DNA of 64,000 nt from Octopus vulgaris (GCA_951406725.2 OX597838.1:23002001-23066000), one strand, 5' to 3'; shown: positions 37,812-51,603, counted from the first letter of the stretch. A program made the numbers and translations. Notes: generated by a model not told the origin, from the sequence alone.

Positions 37812-38075
37812 CTAAAATCAGAAACCAATTGGTTCAGGAAACTAGATAGTAAAATGTTTTTATTTTTTCATTTCGTTCCTGTCAAATTTTATCCCTAATT
37901 TTGTGGTTATTGAACCTAGCTGTTCTTTCTAGTGTGTTGAATGCCATTAGTGAATTCCTCATATGTTTAAATGTGCACTGTATTTTATGACTAATACATA
38001 GTCTTTGGACAAAATTTTTACACGTTAGGCCACTGGAGATGAAAATTTTAATTAATTTCCATTTCATATGATTAA

Positions 38076-38106
<31 letters not shown>

Positions 38107-39525
38107 ATGAGAGAGAGAGCATAAAGATGACACTCTTTGTTTACTACTACTACTCTATAATCATACATATTCTAGAACATATGTTTATTTAGTTCCATAC
38201 CAGCCTATTAGTCTCACTATATCTAAGCTATATATATATATAAAATGGTACTTTTTATATATATAAGCTTAAAGCTTATGCCAATCACCATCAAATTGAC
38301 AATACCTGTATAGGTGCGCAGTGTGCCACACGTCAGATGCTGAAGTGACTGCACAGCAATTCAAGATGAAGGTATATCTTGCTCAAGAACACAATACAGT
38401 GCTCAGGGGTCCTGGAATCGAAACCACAATTTTGTGATTGTGAGAGCAACACCCTAACCCACTAGGCCATGCGCTTTCACAGTCTTGCAATTAAAGACAT
38501 GGTTCTATTGCCATCCACCTTCACTCTAAGTAATCGATTGGGACAAGCAGATGACCAATACGCAATTAGTGTACATGCCCAACACAAACACAGAAAGAGG
38601 AAGAATGAAATTAAGAGACGGTGAGGGGGGGGCGTAGGAGAAACTAAACTTTAGTGGGAACAGTAGGAGTTATGGTGGTGGTAGCAAAAGCCAGAGTACA
38701 AATAGTGGTGGTGACTGTAACAGCAGTGATGGCAGAGGTCATAGTAGTAGTGGTGGTGATGGTGGGTAGCGAGCTCAGTCATGGCTTCGGGATGTGATCA
38801 TCCTCCTTGGTAACATGTCCCCAGTTCAGCTAGTTCCAGCTGAGCATACATGATACAGGGAGCCCTACGTCCAGGGACATGGGTCCCCACCATCACCACC
38901 GCAACTGAAAACCACTGCAACACCAGATTGACATCTGGTGCAGAGGGAGTCCTTTCGTCTCGGATGAAGATGAGGAGCTCTTCAAGCCTTGGTTTTGACA
39001 ATCACATCATCGAGATGTCTCGATTAAAAAGAAAAACATTGTTGATGGTGAACCTCATACCCTGCAGTGACGCCCTTGGTTAAGCTATTTTTTGAAATAA
39101 AAAAAATAAAAAAGTAAACTTTATAATTAATTACGATCAGGGTTCAAATAATCCAGGGTACTACCTATAATAGAATTATAGGGTTTGATTCAGCCCCTGT
39201 TGTTACATTAGGTCCCACTTCAGAACCTGTGTGGTAACGCAGAATTGCGAGCTCAGGGAAAGATTTGGGTGGTCACCAAAGAAAGACAGAAGTAATACTA
39301 TATTAGTAGTGGTGCTGGTACACTAGTAATAATAATAGTTACATGGTGTTAAGAGTTTTGAGAAGGCCCTGTCATTGCTGTTGCCCTATTAAATGATAAC
39401 CGCGCACACACTATATCTCTGCTGCCTAGCAACCCTTCAGTCGTACCCCACTATAGCCCATACAGTACTTCATACTGATACACACTATACCCTTTGACCA
39501 TCCACATTAACTTCTCTCTCCCCCT

Positions 39526-39556
<31 letters not shown>

Positions 39557-40102
39557 ATATATATGTATGTATATATATGTGTGTGTATATATATGTATGT
39601 ATATAAAAGAGTTTGTATGATTGCATATTAAACAATATATAAGTCAATGAAATTCCAACAGTCTCATTTTCACATTTTTTTTTTATTTGCAATTTTTACA
39701 ATACCGAAATAAACTAGTACTTTCTTGTGTTTACACAACCATGGCAGTCACGTTCCACAATTGACAACCGTGTTGAAAGAACTAGTTTATTTCAGTATTG
39801 TAAAATTGTGAAAAATTGCAAATAATAATAAGTGAAAATCAGACTAAGTTGGAATTTCATTGATCAATATATATAAATTTAAGATACAATATATGGATTC
39901 TAGTAATCCGGTAGCACTCATAAAAATAAGCTCCTTAATGTATCATTATACAAAACATATAGAATATATATATATAGTATGGTACAAGAGAGTACAATAA
40001 GGAGTGTATACAATCATAAATGACAGAGAAATAATTTGTTGTGATGTTAGAATTTTCTTACTGTCAAATAAAATTTCATCAAACTGTTTTTCTATCATTT
40101 AG

Positions 40103-40200
<98 letters not shown>

Positions 40201-40511
40201 TTGGTTTGATGTTTAATTAGTTATAATAGAAACAATTTGACATTAATCTGATGGATTACGCCGTACTTCTGTAGAGTACAAATTTATCGTTCTTATAAAG
40301 AATGTTGTTGACAGTGACTTTGAAGCCTTTGCCAGCTATGGACTGTCCAATGGTGGCCTAGCTGGATGAAACTTCGAAGCCACTATCAACAAAATTCTTG
40401 TATAAGAATAATAAATATTAAGATATATGTGTGTGTGTGTGACTCCATTTCTATCATATGTCCACCACCTCCCCTTTTTCTGTATATCCATTGCATGTCT
40501 GTCTTCCTCCA

Positions 40512-40529
<18 letters not shown>

Positions 40530-40544
<15 letters not shown>

Positions 40545-43130
40545 CTTTCTGTCTATTTCTTCCGTATGTCTACCTCCTTCTTTCTGTATATCCATTGCAG
40601 GCTTCTCTCCTTCCCTCTCTTTCTATACACCTGTTGCATATCTGGTGTATCTCTCTCTCTTTCTCCGTGTCTCCGTCTGTCTGTCTGTCTACCTCCCTCT
40701 CTCTACAAACCAAGAAGTAAAAAGATAAAAGAAATACCACTCTGGTACAGTTATTATTCCTTATGGTAAGCCCACATGCTGGGATTTTATTTCCCTTTTG
40801 ATTCTCACACAAAATACTGAGCTGACACAGGCATCGGAGGGAGGTAGCAGAGAAAGAGGAAATCCCATCCACCCTAGCACCACACAAAGCCTCCGTAATA
40901 AAATTAAAACTGGCTGCTTTCGTCCAAAATTAATACATAAATCTAATATACACTAGCACAACTCCCTGATAATGATAATAAAACTGTCTAGTTAATAAAA
41001 GCAACACACACACACACACACATACCATACCCTGGGTAGCCACAGCAATACAGAGAGGAGGGAGGGATATTGGGGTGGGGGTGACAATTCAGTTAAATCT
41101 ATCATGATTCTGCTATAAGCACAAGGCCGGAGATTTTAGAGGGGAGGGGGCTAGTCGATTACATCATCCCCACAAACACATATACACCATGTTTGCTCAT
41201 GTATATAAGTTGCACTCGTATATGTCACACTCATGTATAAGTCATGCTCGTGTATAAGTCACATTCACGTATAAGTCACGCTTGTGTATAAATTATGTGT
41301 ATGTATAAGTCGTACCCCAAGTTTAGTGCTAATTTCAAACTCGATGTCAGCTTTGCTCCATATATTAATCACACCCCAGGGTTTTTGTTTTTTTTACAGT
41401 AAAAAAATCAAGTGTAAAACAGTGCAACATATACATGCGTAAATGCAGTATTTTATGGTGAGAAACTAAGCTAAACACTTGCTGCATTCACTAAAATGCA
41501 TCGACACCAGTACATTGCACTTGTTGCAGCTGAAGTATTGAGTAAAGGCAAAAAAGATAAGCGGAAGACAAGGTGCTGCTTTGCTTAATCTATCATAAGA
41601 AGCAATGATGAAACCTTGGTAGGACAAAAAATGGTAGAGTCCACAAGACCAGGTTATGGTACAGTCAACACTCAGGCTGGGTAATGCACAGTGCACATCC
41701 AGACTGGGTAATGTACAGTCCAAAATCAGTGGGGCAATGGCACAGTTCACATCCAGACTGGGTAATGGTATGATCCACATCCAGACTGGGTAATGGTACA
41801 ATCCACAACCAGATCAGGTAATGGTACAGTCCTCTATATATATATATATCTTTCTCTGTCTATTTCTACAGTATGTCTACCCCCTTCTTTCTGTACATCT
41901 ATTGCATGTTTCTCTCCTTCCCTCTCTTTCTATACACCTGTTGCATATCTGGTGTATCTCTCTCTCTTTCTCCGTGTCTCTGTCTGTCTGTCTACCTCCC
42001 TCTCTCTACAAACCAAGAAGTAAAAAGATAAAAGAAATACCACTCTGGTACAGTTATTATTCCTTATGGTAAGCCCACATGCTGGGATTTTATTTCCCTT
42101 TTGATTCTCACACAAAATACTGAGCTGACACAGGCATCGGAGGGAGGTAGCAGAGAAAGAGGAAATCCCATCCACCCTAGCACCACACAAAGCCTCCGTA
42201 ATAAAATTAAAACTGGCTGCTTTCGTCCAAAATTAATACATAAATCTAATATACACTAGCACAACTCCCTGTAATGATAATAAAACTGTCTAGTTAATAA
42301 AAGCAACACACACACACACACATACCATACCCTGGGTAGCCACAGCAATACAGAGAGGAGGGAGGGATATTGGGGTGGGGGTGACAATTCAGTTAAATCT
42401 ATCATGATTCTGCTATAAGCACAAGGCCGGAGATTTTAGAGGGGAGGGGGCTAGTCGATTACATCATCCCCACAAACACATATACACCATGTTTGCTCAT
42501 GTATATAAGTTGCACTCGTATATGTCACACTCATGTATAAGTCATGCTCGTGTATAAGTCACATTCACGTATAAGTCACGCTTGTGTATAAATTATGTGT
42601 ATGTATAAGTCGTACCCCAAGTTTAGTGCTAATTTCAAACTCGATGTCAGCTTTGCTCCATATATTAATCACACCCCAGGGTTTTTGTTTTTTTTACAGT
42701 AAAAAAATCAAGTGTAAAACAGTGCAACATATACATGCGTAAATGCAGTATTTTATGGTGAGAAACTAAGCTAAACACTTGCTGCATTCACTAAAATGCA
42801 TCGACACCAGTACATTGCACTTGTTGCAGCTGAAGTATTGAGTAAAGGCAAAAAAGATAAGCGGAAGACAAGGTGCTGCTTTGCTTAATCTATCATAAGA
42901 AGCAATGATGAAACCTTGGTAGGACAAAAATGGTAGAGTCCACAAGACCAGGTTATGGTACAGTCAACACTCAGGCTGGGTAATGCACAGTGCACATCCA
43001 GACTGGGTAATGTACAGTCCAAAATCAGTGGGGCAATGGCACAGTTCACATCCAGACTGGGTAATGGTATGATCCACATCCAGACTGGGTAATGGTACAA
43101 TCCACAACCAGATCAGGTAATGGTACAGTC
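40530..43130. repeat. Near-identical tandem duplication, ~1.3-kb unit
   Basis: ~40530-41832 is repeated at ~41833-43130; duplicated ORFs are offset by 1303 and 1299 nt. Confidence 0.93.
41635..41832. repeat. 28-bp minisatellite (also duplicated at ~42932-43160)
   Basis: Unit approximately cagactgggtaatggtacagtccacatc, about 7 copies. Confidence 0.8.
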
Positions 43131-43299
43131 CACAAGTGTGGACAATGGTAGAGCCCACATTCAGTTGGTAGGTAGAACAGTCGTACATGTACCATCCTTC
43201 ATACCTGGGTACATTCTAAATCAATCACTAACGCCATACCCATCTTAGTTGTTACAGACACACACACTGGTTACCACACATGTACTGTGGTGTGTGTGT

Positions 43300-44020
43300 G
43301 CTTGACTGGGACTTATTTTATTGATCCCCCAAAAAGATGAAAGGAAAAGTCGACCGTGGCGGAATTTGAACTCAGGACGTAAAGACGGATGACATGCTGC
43401 TAAACATGTTTTTCTAATTTTGGCACAAGGCCAGCAATTCTGGTGAGAGGGAGTGGCAGGGAGGGTGATTAATTAATTATATTGACCCCAGTGGGCAACT
43501 GGTACTTATTTTATTGACCTCCTCTCCTAAAAGATGAACGGCAAAGTCAACCTTGGCCAAATTTGAGCTCAGAATATAAAGACAGATAACATACTGCTAA
43601 GCATTTTTTCCTAATTTTGGCACAAGGCCAGCAATTTTGATGGGAAGAAGGTGGGGGGAGGGATTGCAAATTAATTACATTGCCCCCAGTGATCAGCTGA
43701 TACTTATATTATTGACACCCTTCCCTAAAAGGATGAATGGTAAAGTCAACCTTGGCTACATTGGAATTGAGAACGTCAAGATGGTCACTATGCTGTTAAG
43801 CAATTTTTAAAATAATTTTGGCACAAGGCCAGTAGTTTTGATGCAAGGGAGGGCTAATTAATTACAATGAAACTAGTAGTCAACTGGTACTTATTTTATT
43901 GAGCCACCCCCTAAAAGATGAAAGTAAAGTTGACCATAGCAGAATTTGAACTCAGAGCATAAAGATAGACAAAACACCACTAAGCATCTTGTCCAGTATG
44001 CTAACGATTCTGTCAGCTCA
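43300..44020 (-). mobile_element. Head-to-tail array of family B SINEs
   Basis: Four successive copies of ggtacttattttattgacc...aaagtcaacc..gaatttgaactcag... Confidence 0.75.
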
Positions 44021-45193
44021 CTACCTTTAGTCTGTATTATTACGGCACTCCGAGGGTTCCAGTTGATCCAATCAACGGAACAGCCTGCTCGTGAAATTAA
44101 CGTGCAAGTGGCTGAGCACTCCACAGACATGCGTTACCCTTAATGTAGTTCTCCAGGGAGATTCAGCGTGACACAGAGTGTGACAAGGCTGGCCCTTTGA
44201 AATACAGGTACAACAGAAACAGGAAGAAAGAGCGAGAGAAAGTTGTGGTGAAAGAGTACAGCAGGGTTCGCCGAGTCTCGTGGAGCTTTAAGTGTTTTCG
44301 CTCAATAAACACAACGCCTAGTCTGGGAATCGAAACTGCGATCCTATGACCGCAAGTCGGCTGCCCTAACCACTGGGCCATTGCGACTCCACAGTCTGTA
44401 TTATAATACAAGAAAGACAGGATGACTGCAGAGTGAGAAAGAGAGACAGGAAAAGGAGGAAGAGAGAAGGGAGGAGAATCAACGTTTGAGGAGAGGAGGA
44501 GTAGTGACTTCAATGATAGTGGGAGGTGCAGGCAGAGAGAGAGAGAGAGTTGTGAAATTAGAGGTTTTGTAAAATATATGAGGAGGAGGAGGTGTAAAGT
44601 AAAAGGTGAAACCATTTTACCGAACTTTGTTGTAGTTACTACATGAAGGGGGTGGGGAGAGTACCCCTCCACCCGCTAACCTTCGAGCCCCCTCCCCATC
44701 CCTACCAAAAGGCAAAGAATAAGAAAAAAAATGAAAACAAGAAATGAAGGCTGAAGAATCCCCTCTTCTTCTTCCCCCACTCTGCTCCACCCGACCCATC
44801 CAAGCCCACTTCATCCACACTAGGGAGAAAGAGCGAGAGAGAGTGGGTGGGGGTAGAGTGGGGAGGTGGTGGCAGCTGACCATGTCACACTTTAACACAT
44901 TGCATCCGAGTCTGTGACGCCAGGGGAGGTCACAGTGGCACAGCATTATACAGAACGGAAAGAGAAGGCAGAAGAGGTCCGAGAAGACTTTAAGGAGAGC
45001 AAGAGAGAGAGAGAATGAATAAAGGGGGGAGCAGCGCGGCGGTGGCATTGTGGCCGGTCATTGATACGGTTCATTGGCTGTTGTGGAAAAGAACAAAAGG
45101 ACAGAGGGGAGGGAGGCAATGACGGTGGCACGAGGTGGGGGAAGGGGAAAACGGGTCGGATGGGGTAAGGGTGGGTTTTGGGAGGATGATGTG

Positions 45194-45397
45194 TCACTGG
45201 AACAATGTGACCAACTGCTTTGCAGCTTTCGCGATTTCGTAGGCGGACTTGATCACCTGCTGGGTCTTCGCCTGCCGGTTGGCCGATGGACCGTGATCCT
45301 GGCCCGGTGAGCAGATCTGGCAGTACTCGGCTAGTTGGGTGGCACTACTTGTTAACAGAGTTAATGCATACTGAATGTTCTCAGCTTTCTGCAGCCT
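45194..45397 (-). CDS. Git: GIT last coding exon (end of paxillin-binding domain, stop TGA)
   Basis: Acceptor ttctctccag|AGG, phase 0. RLQKAENIQYALTLLTSSATQL...TQQVIKSAYEIAKAAKQLVTLFQ* matches the diagnostic GIT C-terminus QQVIQCAYDIAKAAKQLVT. Confidence 0.96.
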   Translation of the reverse strand, partial: RLQKAENIQYALTLLTSSATQLAEYCQICSPGQDHGPSANRQAKTQQVIKSAYEIAKAAKQLVTLFQ

Positions 45398-46347
45398 CTG
45401 GAGAGAAAAGAGAAAAAAAAAGACAAAAAACAAATATGATTAAATTTGATAAAAAAAATATCAGTTTCAAGTTTTGGAATTTCAAAGAAGGAAGACGTAA
45501 GACAGTGGGGTGCGATGTGAGGGAGATTTGGCTGCGCCTTACTGGCACCTGTGCCGGTGGCATGTGTAAAAACATTCGAGCGAGGTCGTTGCCAGTACCG
45601 CCTGACTGGCCCCTGTGCAAGTGGCACGTAAAAGCACCCACTACACTCTCGGAGTGGTTGGCGTTAGGAAGGGCATCCAGGTGTAGAAACTCTGCCAGAT
45701 CAGATTGGAGCCTGGGGCAGCTATCTGGTTTGCCAGCCCTCAGTCAAATCATCCAACCCATGCTAGCATGGAAAGCGGATGTTAAACGATGATGATGATG
45801 AAGAAAAATCGATTAAATTGACCCCACTGCCCAACAGTAATGGTACTTATTTTATTGACTCTGAAAGAATAGAAAGCAAAGTCGACCTCGGCAGAATTTG
45901 AACTCAGAAAGTGAAGACTAACAAAATGCCCTTATACGTTTTGCCCAGCATGCTAACGATTCTGCCAGCTCGCTGCCTTAAATAATAATCCTTTTTACTG
46001 GAAGCACAAGGCCTCAAATTCACGGGGAGGGAAGTAGTCAATTACAGCAACCCCAGTATTCAACTGGTACTTAATTCATAGACCCCGAGAGGATGAAAAG
46101 CAAAGTCAACCAGGGCAGAATTTGAACTCAGAACATAGCAGCAGACGAAATACTGCTAAGCATTTCACCCAGCGTGCTAACAATTCTGCCAGCTCGCTGC
46201 CTTTAATAATAGTAACAGTAATGGTTTCAAATTTTGCCACAAGGGCAGCCATCATCTCTATCTCATTTAACAGACCTATTTCCAATATATCATTCTAATC
46301 ACACGCTTGCTCTAGATTTAGGAGTAATGGTGTGAGGTAGTACTTAC

Positions 46348-46411
46348 CTTTGGGAAGAGGGAGGCCATGTCTATAACAGCCGAGTAAATCTTATCAGAAC
46401 ATGGAGCAAAA
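46348..46411 (-). CDS. Git: GIT exon, paxillin-binding domain
   Basis: Acceptor tttcag|T, donor AAG|gtaagt; 64 nt, phase 2-0. FAPCSDKIYSAVIDMASLFPK parallels GIT FVPCSEKIHLAVTEMASLFPK. Confidence 0.95.
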
Positions 46412-47352
46412 CTGAAATAGAAGAAAATAGTAGTTTATAAAAAAAAAAAAAATAAATAATATTCACACCATCTTGTACTAGCACCCATACTATAATTTGA
46501 TGTTACACTGTAGCACTACAATCACACACACACACTTTAATACAATGATACTATCTCACACACTATAATATAGTGATACACTGTAGTACTTCGATTATTA
46601 TTACTACTACTACTACACCACATACTGTAAATGTGAAATTTTTTTCCCACGAGAGTTCCGGACCCCAGTAATGAACTCATTTGCGTAAAGCCAATCAGAG
46701 CTCACCTTGACCTTGTTGTCAAGTCAGCAAACACACTCTACCAAGTAAACTCAAGAAGAACGGTGTTGTAAGTCGACCGATGGCCAAGTTATGCTTGATT
46801 TTAGAAGGAGACAAGTTATTAGATTTGCATCTATACCTATTATCGGATTTTGTATGACAGTAACACTCATTTACGACTATCACAATGTCAAGACAAAGAG
46901 ACACAAATATGCACATACATACACACACACACACACATATGTGCATACATATATACAACTGATTGTGGCTGTTGCCAGCCTCGCCTGGCACATAAAAAGC
47001 ACCCACTACACTCATGGAGTGGTTGGCGTTAGGAAGGGCATCCAGCTGTAGAAACACTGCCAGATCAGACTGGAGCCTAGTGCAGCCTTCTGGCTTCCCA
47101 GACCCTAGTTGAACTGTCCAATCCATGCTAGCATGGAAAACGGACGTTAAACGACGACGACGATGATGAAAGGCACCAAGTTGAACCCCCAGCACAGCAT
47201 TTGAACTCAGAACGTGAAAACAGATGAAATACCGCTACGCATTTCGCCCGGTGTGCTAACGTTTCTGCCAGCTCGCCGCCCTAACTTAAATAATGCTTGC
47301 CAAAATCAACAACAACAACGATTAACAACTGGAAGTGAAAAACTAGACGAAC

Positions 47353-47544
47353 CTTTCGAATTTTCCCTCTTGTGCTGATTGCAGAAGTTCTTGGATCTTG
47401 CGGGTGATTCGTTCGGTTTTCTTGACAACCTCATCTTGGGTTGGGAGACCCTGAACGTCAGCGCCGACCTCTTCATACACAACAGAGGGAGACCTCAATG
47501 GAACAGCTTCACTAATGCTCTGAAGGGAGCTTTTGTGGCTGTCG
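47353..47544 (-). CDS. Git: GIT exon, start of C-terminal paxillin-binding domain
   Basis: Acceptor ttcacag|C, donor AG|gttcgt; 192 nt, phase 2-2. ...GLPTQDEVVKKTERITRKIQELLQSAQEGKFES closely parallels vertebrate GIT LPSTEDVILKTEQVTKNIQELLRAAQE. Confidence 0.95.
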
Positions 47545-47589
47545 CTGTGAAATGGAACAAAGCAAGAAGATCAACATCAAACACAATAA

Positions 47590-47612
47590 CATTAATAATA
47601 ATAATAATAGTA

Positions 47613-47643
<31 letters not shown>

Positions 47644-47853
47644 TAGTAGTAATAATAATAATAGTAGTAGTAATAATAGTAGTAGTAATAATAATAGTAG
47701 TAGTAATAATAATAATAGTAGTAATAATAATAGTAGTAGTAGTAATAATAATAGTAGTAGTAATAATAGTAGTAGTAATAATAGTAGTAGTAATAATAGT
47801 AGTAATAATAATAGTAATAATAATAATAGTAGTAATAATAATAATAATAATAA
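47590..47853. repeat. (AAT/AGT)n compound microsatellite
   Basis: Read directly; source of the poly-Ile and poly-Asn ORFs. Confidence 0.95.
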
Positions 47854-49724
47854 TCCTTTCTACTATAGTCACAAGGCCTGAAATTTGGGGGAGGGGGACT
47901 AGTAGATTACATCAACCTCAGTGTTTCGCTGGTACTTAATTTATCGACCCTGAAAGGATAAAAGGCAAAGTTGACCTTGGCAGAATTTGAACTCGTGCTG
48001 TTTACCTTGATATGAGATCACCACGCCACACACATGGTTGTGATGCATGTGCCTATTGTACCCTTATCAGATGCGTAGTCATGATGAGTATACTGGACTT
48101 CATATATTTGTGCCCCAGTGTCACTTTGATGGCATGCACTTCTCTCTCGCTCAATAATAATAATAATAATAATAATGCTTCTTATAACAAAAACAGTTGT
48201 AAGCTAACGAAAGTGACTACATGATTTGGTCGCTTTTCATTCATTAATGTGTGTGTGTGTGTGTGTGTGTGTAATTGTGTATACACACACACAAACACAT
48301 TTAAACTGAGTTGGAGAGACAGTTTGAGATACAATTACAGAAATATAAAAATAGACGCTGGTACTTGAATATCTTGATCTATTTTTATCAACTGTAACCC
48401 TAATCTCGCAATATTAAATCATACGTACAAAAATGATTGACTGTCGGTAATGATGTAAAACCAGAACTACCAGTTGAGTTAGTGAGGCCCGAGGCGGGTG
48501 AGTAAGCCAGCAACACCACTCTGGGGTCTCACTCTGATGAGGATGAGGGTAGGCAGGTGGTTGAGGGGGGGCATAACAGGTAAAAATATATCTGCATACC
48601 AGGGTGAATGCGTTTCTCACAAGAATCAACAGCCATCCATCAAACATATGAATAACAAGCTGGGAGGATTAAAGCTTTGGTGGTGGTCATGGTGGGGTGT
48701 CCAGTATTGTTGACTCTCTTGGCAACTCCTATATCTATCTGGTTGTCTCTCTTAACTCTTTGGCATTTAAACTGGTCCTGCCCAGCCCAAATATTCTGCC
48801 AGTTTTGTGTTCACACCAGCCAGATCTGGCCTCTCACCCCTACCCTACAATGTCATTCTAAAAATAAACGACATCATTGAAATCTGAAAGCTGTGAACTA
48901 ATACATAATTATTCCAAACCAAGATTTTAGAAATTGGAAAGGAAACTACAAAGTAATCTCCCTTGTAGATCAAACGCCAAAGTAGCTCCCACACATATAT
49001 ATATATGTATATATATCATCATCATCATTTAACGTCCGCTTTCCATGCTGGCATGGGTTGGACGGTTCAACTGGGGTCTGGGAAGCCAGAAGGCTGCACC
49101 AGGCCCAGTCTGATCTGGCAGTGTTTCTACAGCTGGATGCCCTTCCTAACGCCAACCACTCCGTGAGTGTAGTGGGTGCTTTTTACGTGCCAGACGAGGC
49201 TGGCAAACGGCTACAATCGGATGGTGCTTTTTACGTGCCACCGGCATGGGGACCAGACGAAGCTGGCAACGGCCACGGTCTGATGGTGCTTTTTACGTGC
49301 CACCAGCACGGAGGCCAATCGGCCGGCGCTGGCTACGTCCACGTTCGGATGGTTCTCTTTCGTGCCACATATGTATATATATATGTGTTTTTTTTTTTAC
49401 GTGCCACCGGCACAGGGGCCAGAGTAGGCTGGCAAAGAGCACCAACCGATCGTGGCCGTTTGCCAGCTTCCACTGGCCCCTGTGCCGGTGGCACGTAAAA
49501 AACACCCACTACACTCACAGCTGTAGAAACACTGCCAGATCAGACTGGAGCCTGGTGCAGTCCCCTGGCTTCCCAGGCCCCAGTCGAACCATCCAGCCAA
49601 TGCTAGCATGGAAAATAGACGTTAAACGATGATGAGGATATATATATATATATATATGTGTGCATTGACACATGTATGTATAAACATACATATGCATTAC
49701 ATATTCTTCTTTTCTCTTTTTTTT

Positions 49725-50102
49725 TTTTTTACTTGTTTCAGTCATTTTGACTGCGGCCATGCTGGTGTACCACCTTTAATCGAGCAACTCGACCCCAGGA
49801 CTTATTCTTTGTAAGCCTAGTACTTATTCTATTGATCTCTTTTGCCGAAACACTAAGTGACGGGGACATAAACACACCAGCATCGGTTGTCAAGCAATGC
49901 TAGGGGGACAAACACAGACACACAAACATACATATATACGACAGGCTTCTTTCAGTTTCCGTCTACCAAATCCACTCACAAGGCTTTGGTCGGCCCAAGG
50001 CTATAATAGAAGACACTTGCCCAAGGTGCCACGCAGTGGGACTGAACCCGGGACCATGTGGTTGGTAAGCAAGCTACTTACCACACAGCCACTCCTGCGC
50101 CT
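49725..50102 (-). mobile_element. SINE family A, full length, in a GIT intron
   Basis: Reverse complement of the family A copies. Confidence 0.8.
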
Positions 50103-50272
50103 ATGTATACACACAACAACTCATGCAAGTATAGAAAAGAGGATGTGACTCAGTGAGAGGCCCTTGGTAATGACCAGTCACCTTCAACTCCTGTAATAGC
50201 ATAAGGGAAGGCAAGAATGATTGCTACATTCAGTCCAATTTCTGTTAAAAAAAAAAAAGAGGAATCACTTAC

Positions 50273-50394
50273 CATTGAGAGTTCTTTCGGCTGTTGCTCG
50301 CACAACTCGCGTTGTCATAGTCACATTCCTCCCCTGCACAAGCAGTTTCACTGCGGGCAGGACTTGGAGTACCACTGAAGTTTTTACCACCAAG
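50273..50394 (-). CDS. Git: GIT internal exon containing the DYDN motif
   Basis: Acceptor ttttttcctgtag|CTT, donor TG|gtaagt; 122 nt, phase 0-2. LGGKNFSGTPSPARSETACAGEECDYDNASCASNSRKNSQ; DYDN resembles the GIT motif preceding the C-terminal domain. Confidence 0.88.
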
Positions 50395-51560
50395 CTACAG
50401 GAAAAAATGGAACAGTGAGTGTGGGAGACGGAGAATGAGGTGAGGCAAGACGGAGAGAGAGAAAAGATTAAGATTGTTTTAGCAACAAACCAATGGCAAA
50501 AGTAATTTCTTAAACTGAAAATTGATACTACAATTGTACAAACTTCAAACAGTGGTGAGAATAGTTGATCAGTTGTTGAACTCTGAGATTCCTGTTGATA
50601 ACCGAGTCAAAAACCCAGTTCTGTAATGATTCTGTTACAGAACAGAAACGAATAAACAGAGGAAGCAATTAGAGACATTCTCCCCTCTTACATTAATTAA
50701 AGAATTCCTCTCGTCCTGCAGAATGAATGTAAACAATGTTAGTACACTTCATATATCGCATGTTTCAAAACTGGCTGATTAATGCAGTCTTGTAGGGTAC
50801 TGTATTGGACTGGAAGTTAAAAGTTAAATTTTTAACCATTCAAATGTTCCCGACATTAAGTATGTTGAAACTAACTTACCTATCTACCTACCAGTGTGTG
50901 TATATCTTTCTAGTTAGACTTCATCATTTTTCCTATATTAACTAAATTGTCTTTCTTGTTGCTAACAACACCAAAATTATTCATTCTTAAAACAATTCTA
51001 GTTTCCTACACTAACCACTACTTATATATATATATATATATATATTTACGTCCAACCCATGCTAGCATGGAAAACGGACGCTAAACGATGATGATGATGA
51101 TGATTTATGTATGTATGTATAATTCTTGTACATTTGTTAGTAACTTTGTCATCACAACTTCAAGTATAGTGATGGCTGTACTTTGCTGATGAGATCATAA
51201 GACCAAAACATACACAACATTGTCTTCTCCTGATTCTTGATTTATTTATACAATTATCCATTTATTTATTCATTCATATGCATTACAGGAGCAAGTGCTT
51301 ACATGTGTGTGTGTGTGTGTTTGCTTAATATGAAATTGCATTTTTTTTTATTACTCTGTTTACCCCCAATTTAGTGATGCCACATTCCTTGAAGAAATTA
51401 TTTCAACTGTTACGAATCACGTTTATCCCAAACATTTGAATCTTTAAATCGCAAAACATCTTTTTGAAAGATTTTAACTGTATTTACTAATCTAAAATAT
51501 GCAGTTTCTGAAAATCTACTGAATTAGCGAAAGCAGAGTTTCTTTGCCAATCTGTAAAAA

Positions 51561-51603
<43 letters not shown>

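Noticed and set aside
38770-39080. GC-balanced block with short ORFs on both strands
   Set aside because: No recognisable domain, and all frames after the candidate minus-strand acceptor stop quickly; may be UTR or decayed repeat.
47379-47939. Poly-Ile, poly-Thr and poly-Asn ORFs
   Set aside because: Microsatellite translations overlapping the antisense of a real GIT exon.
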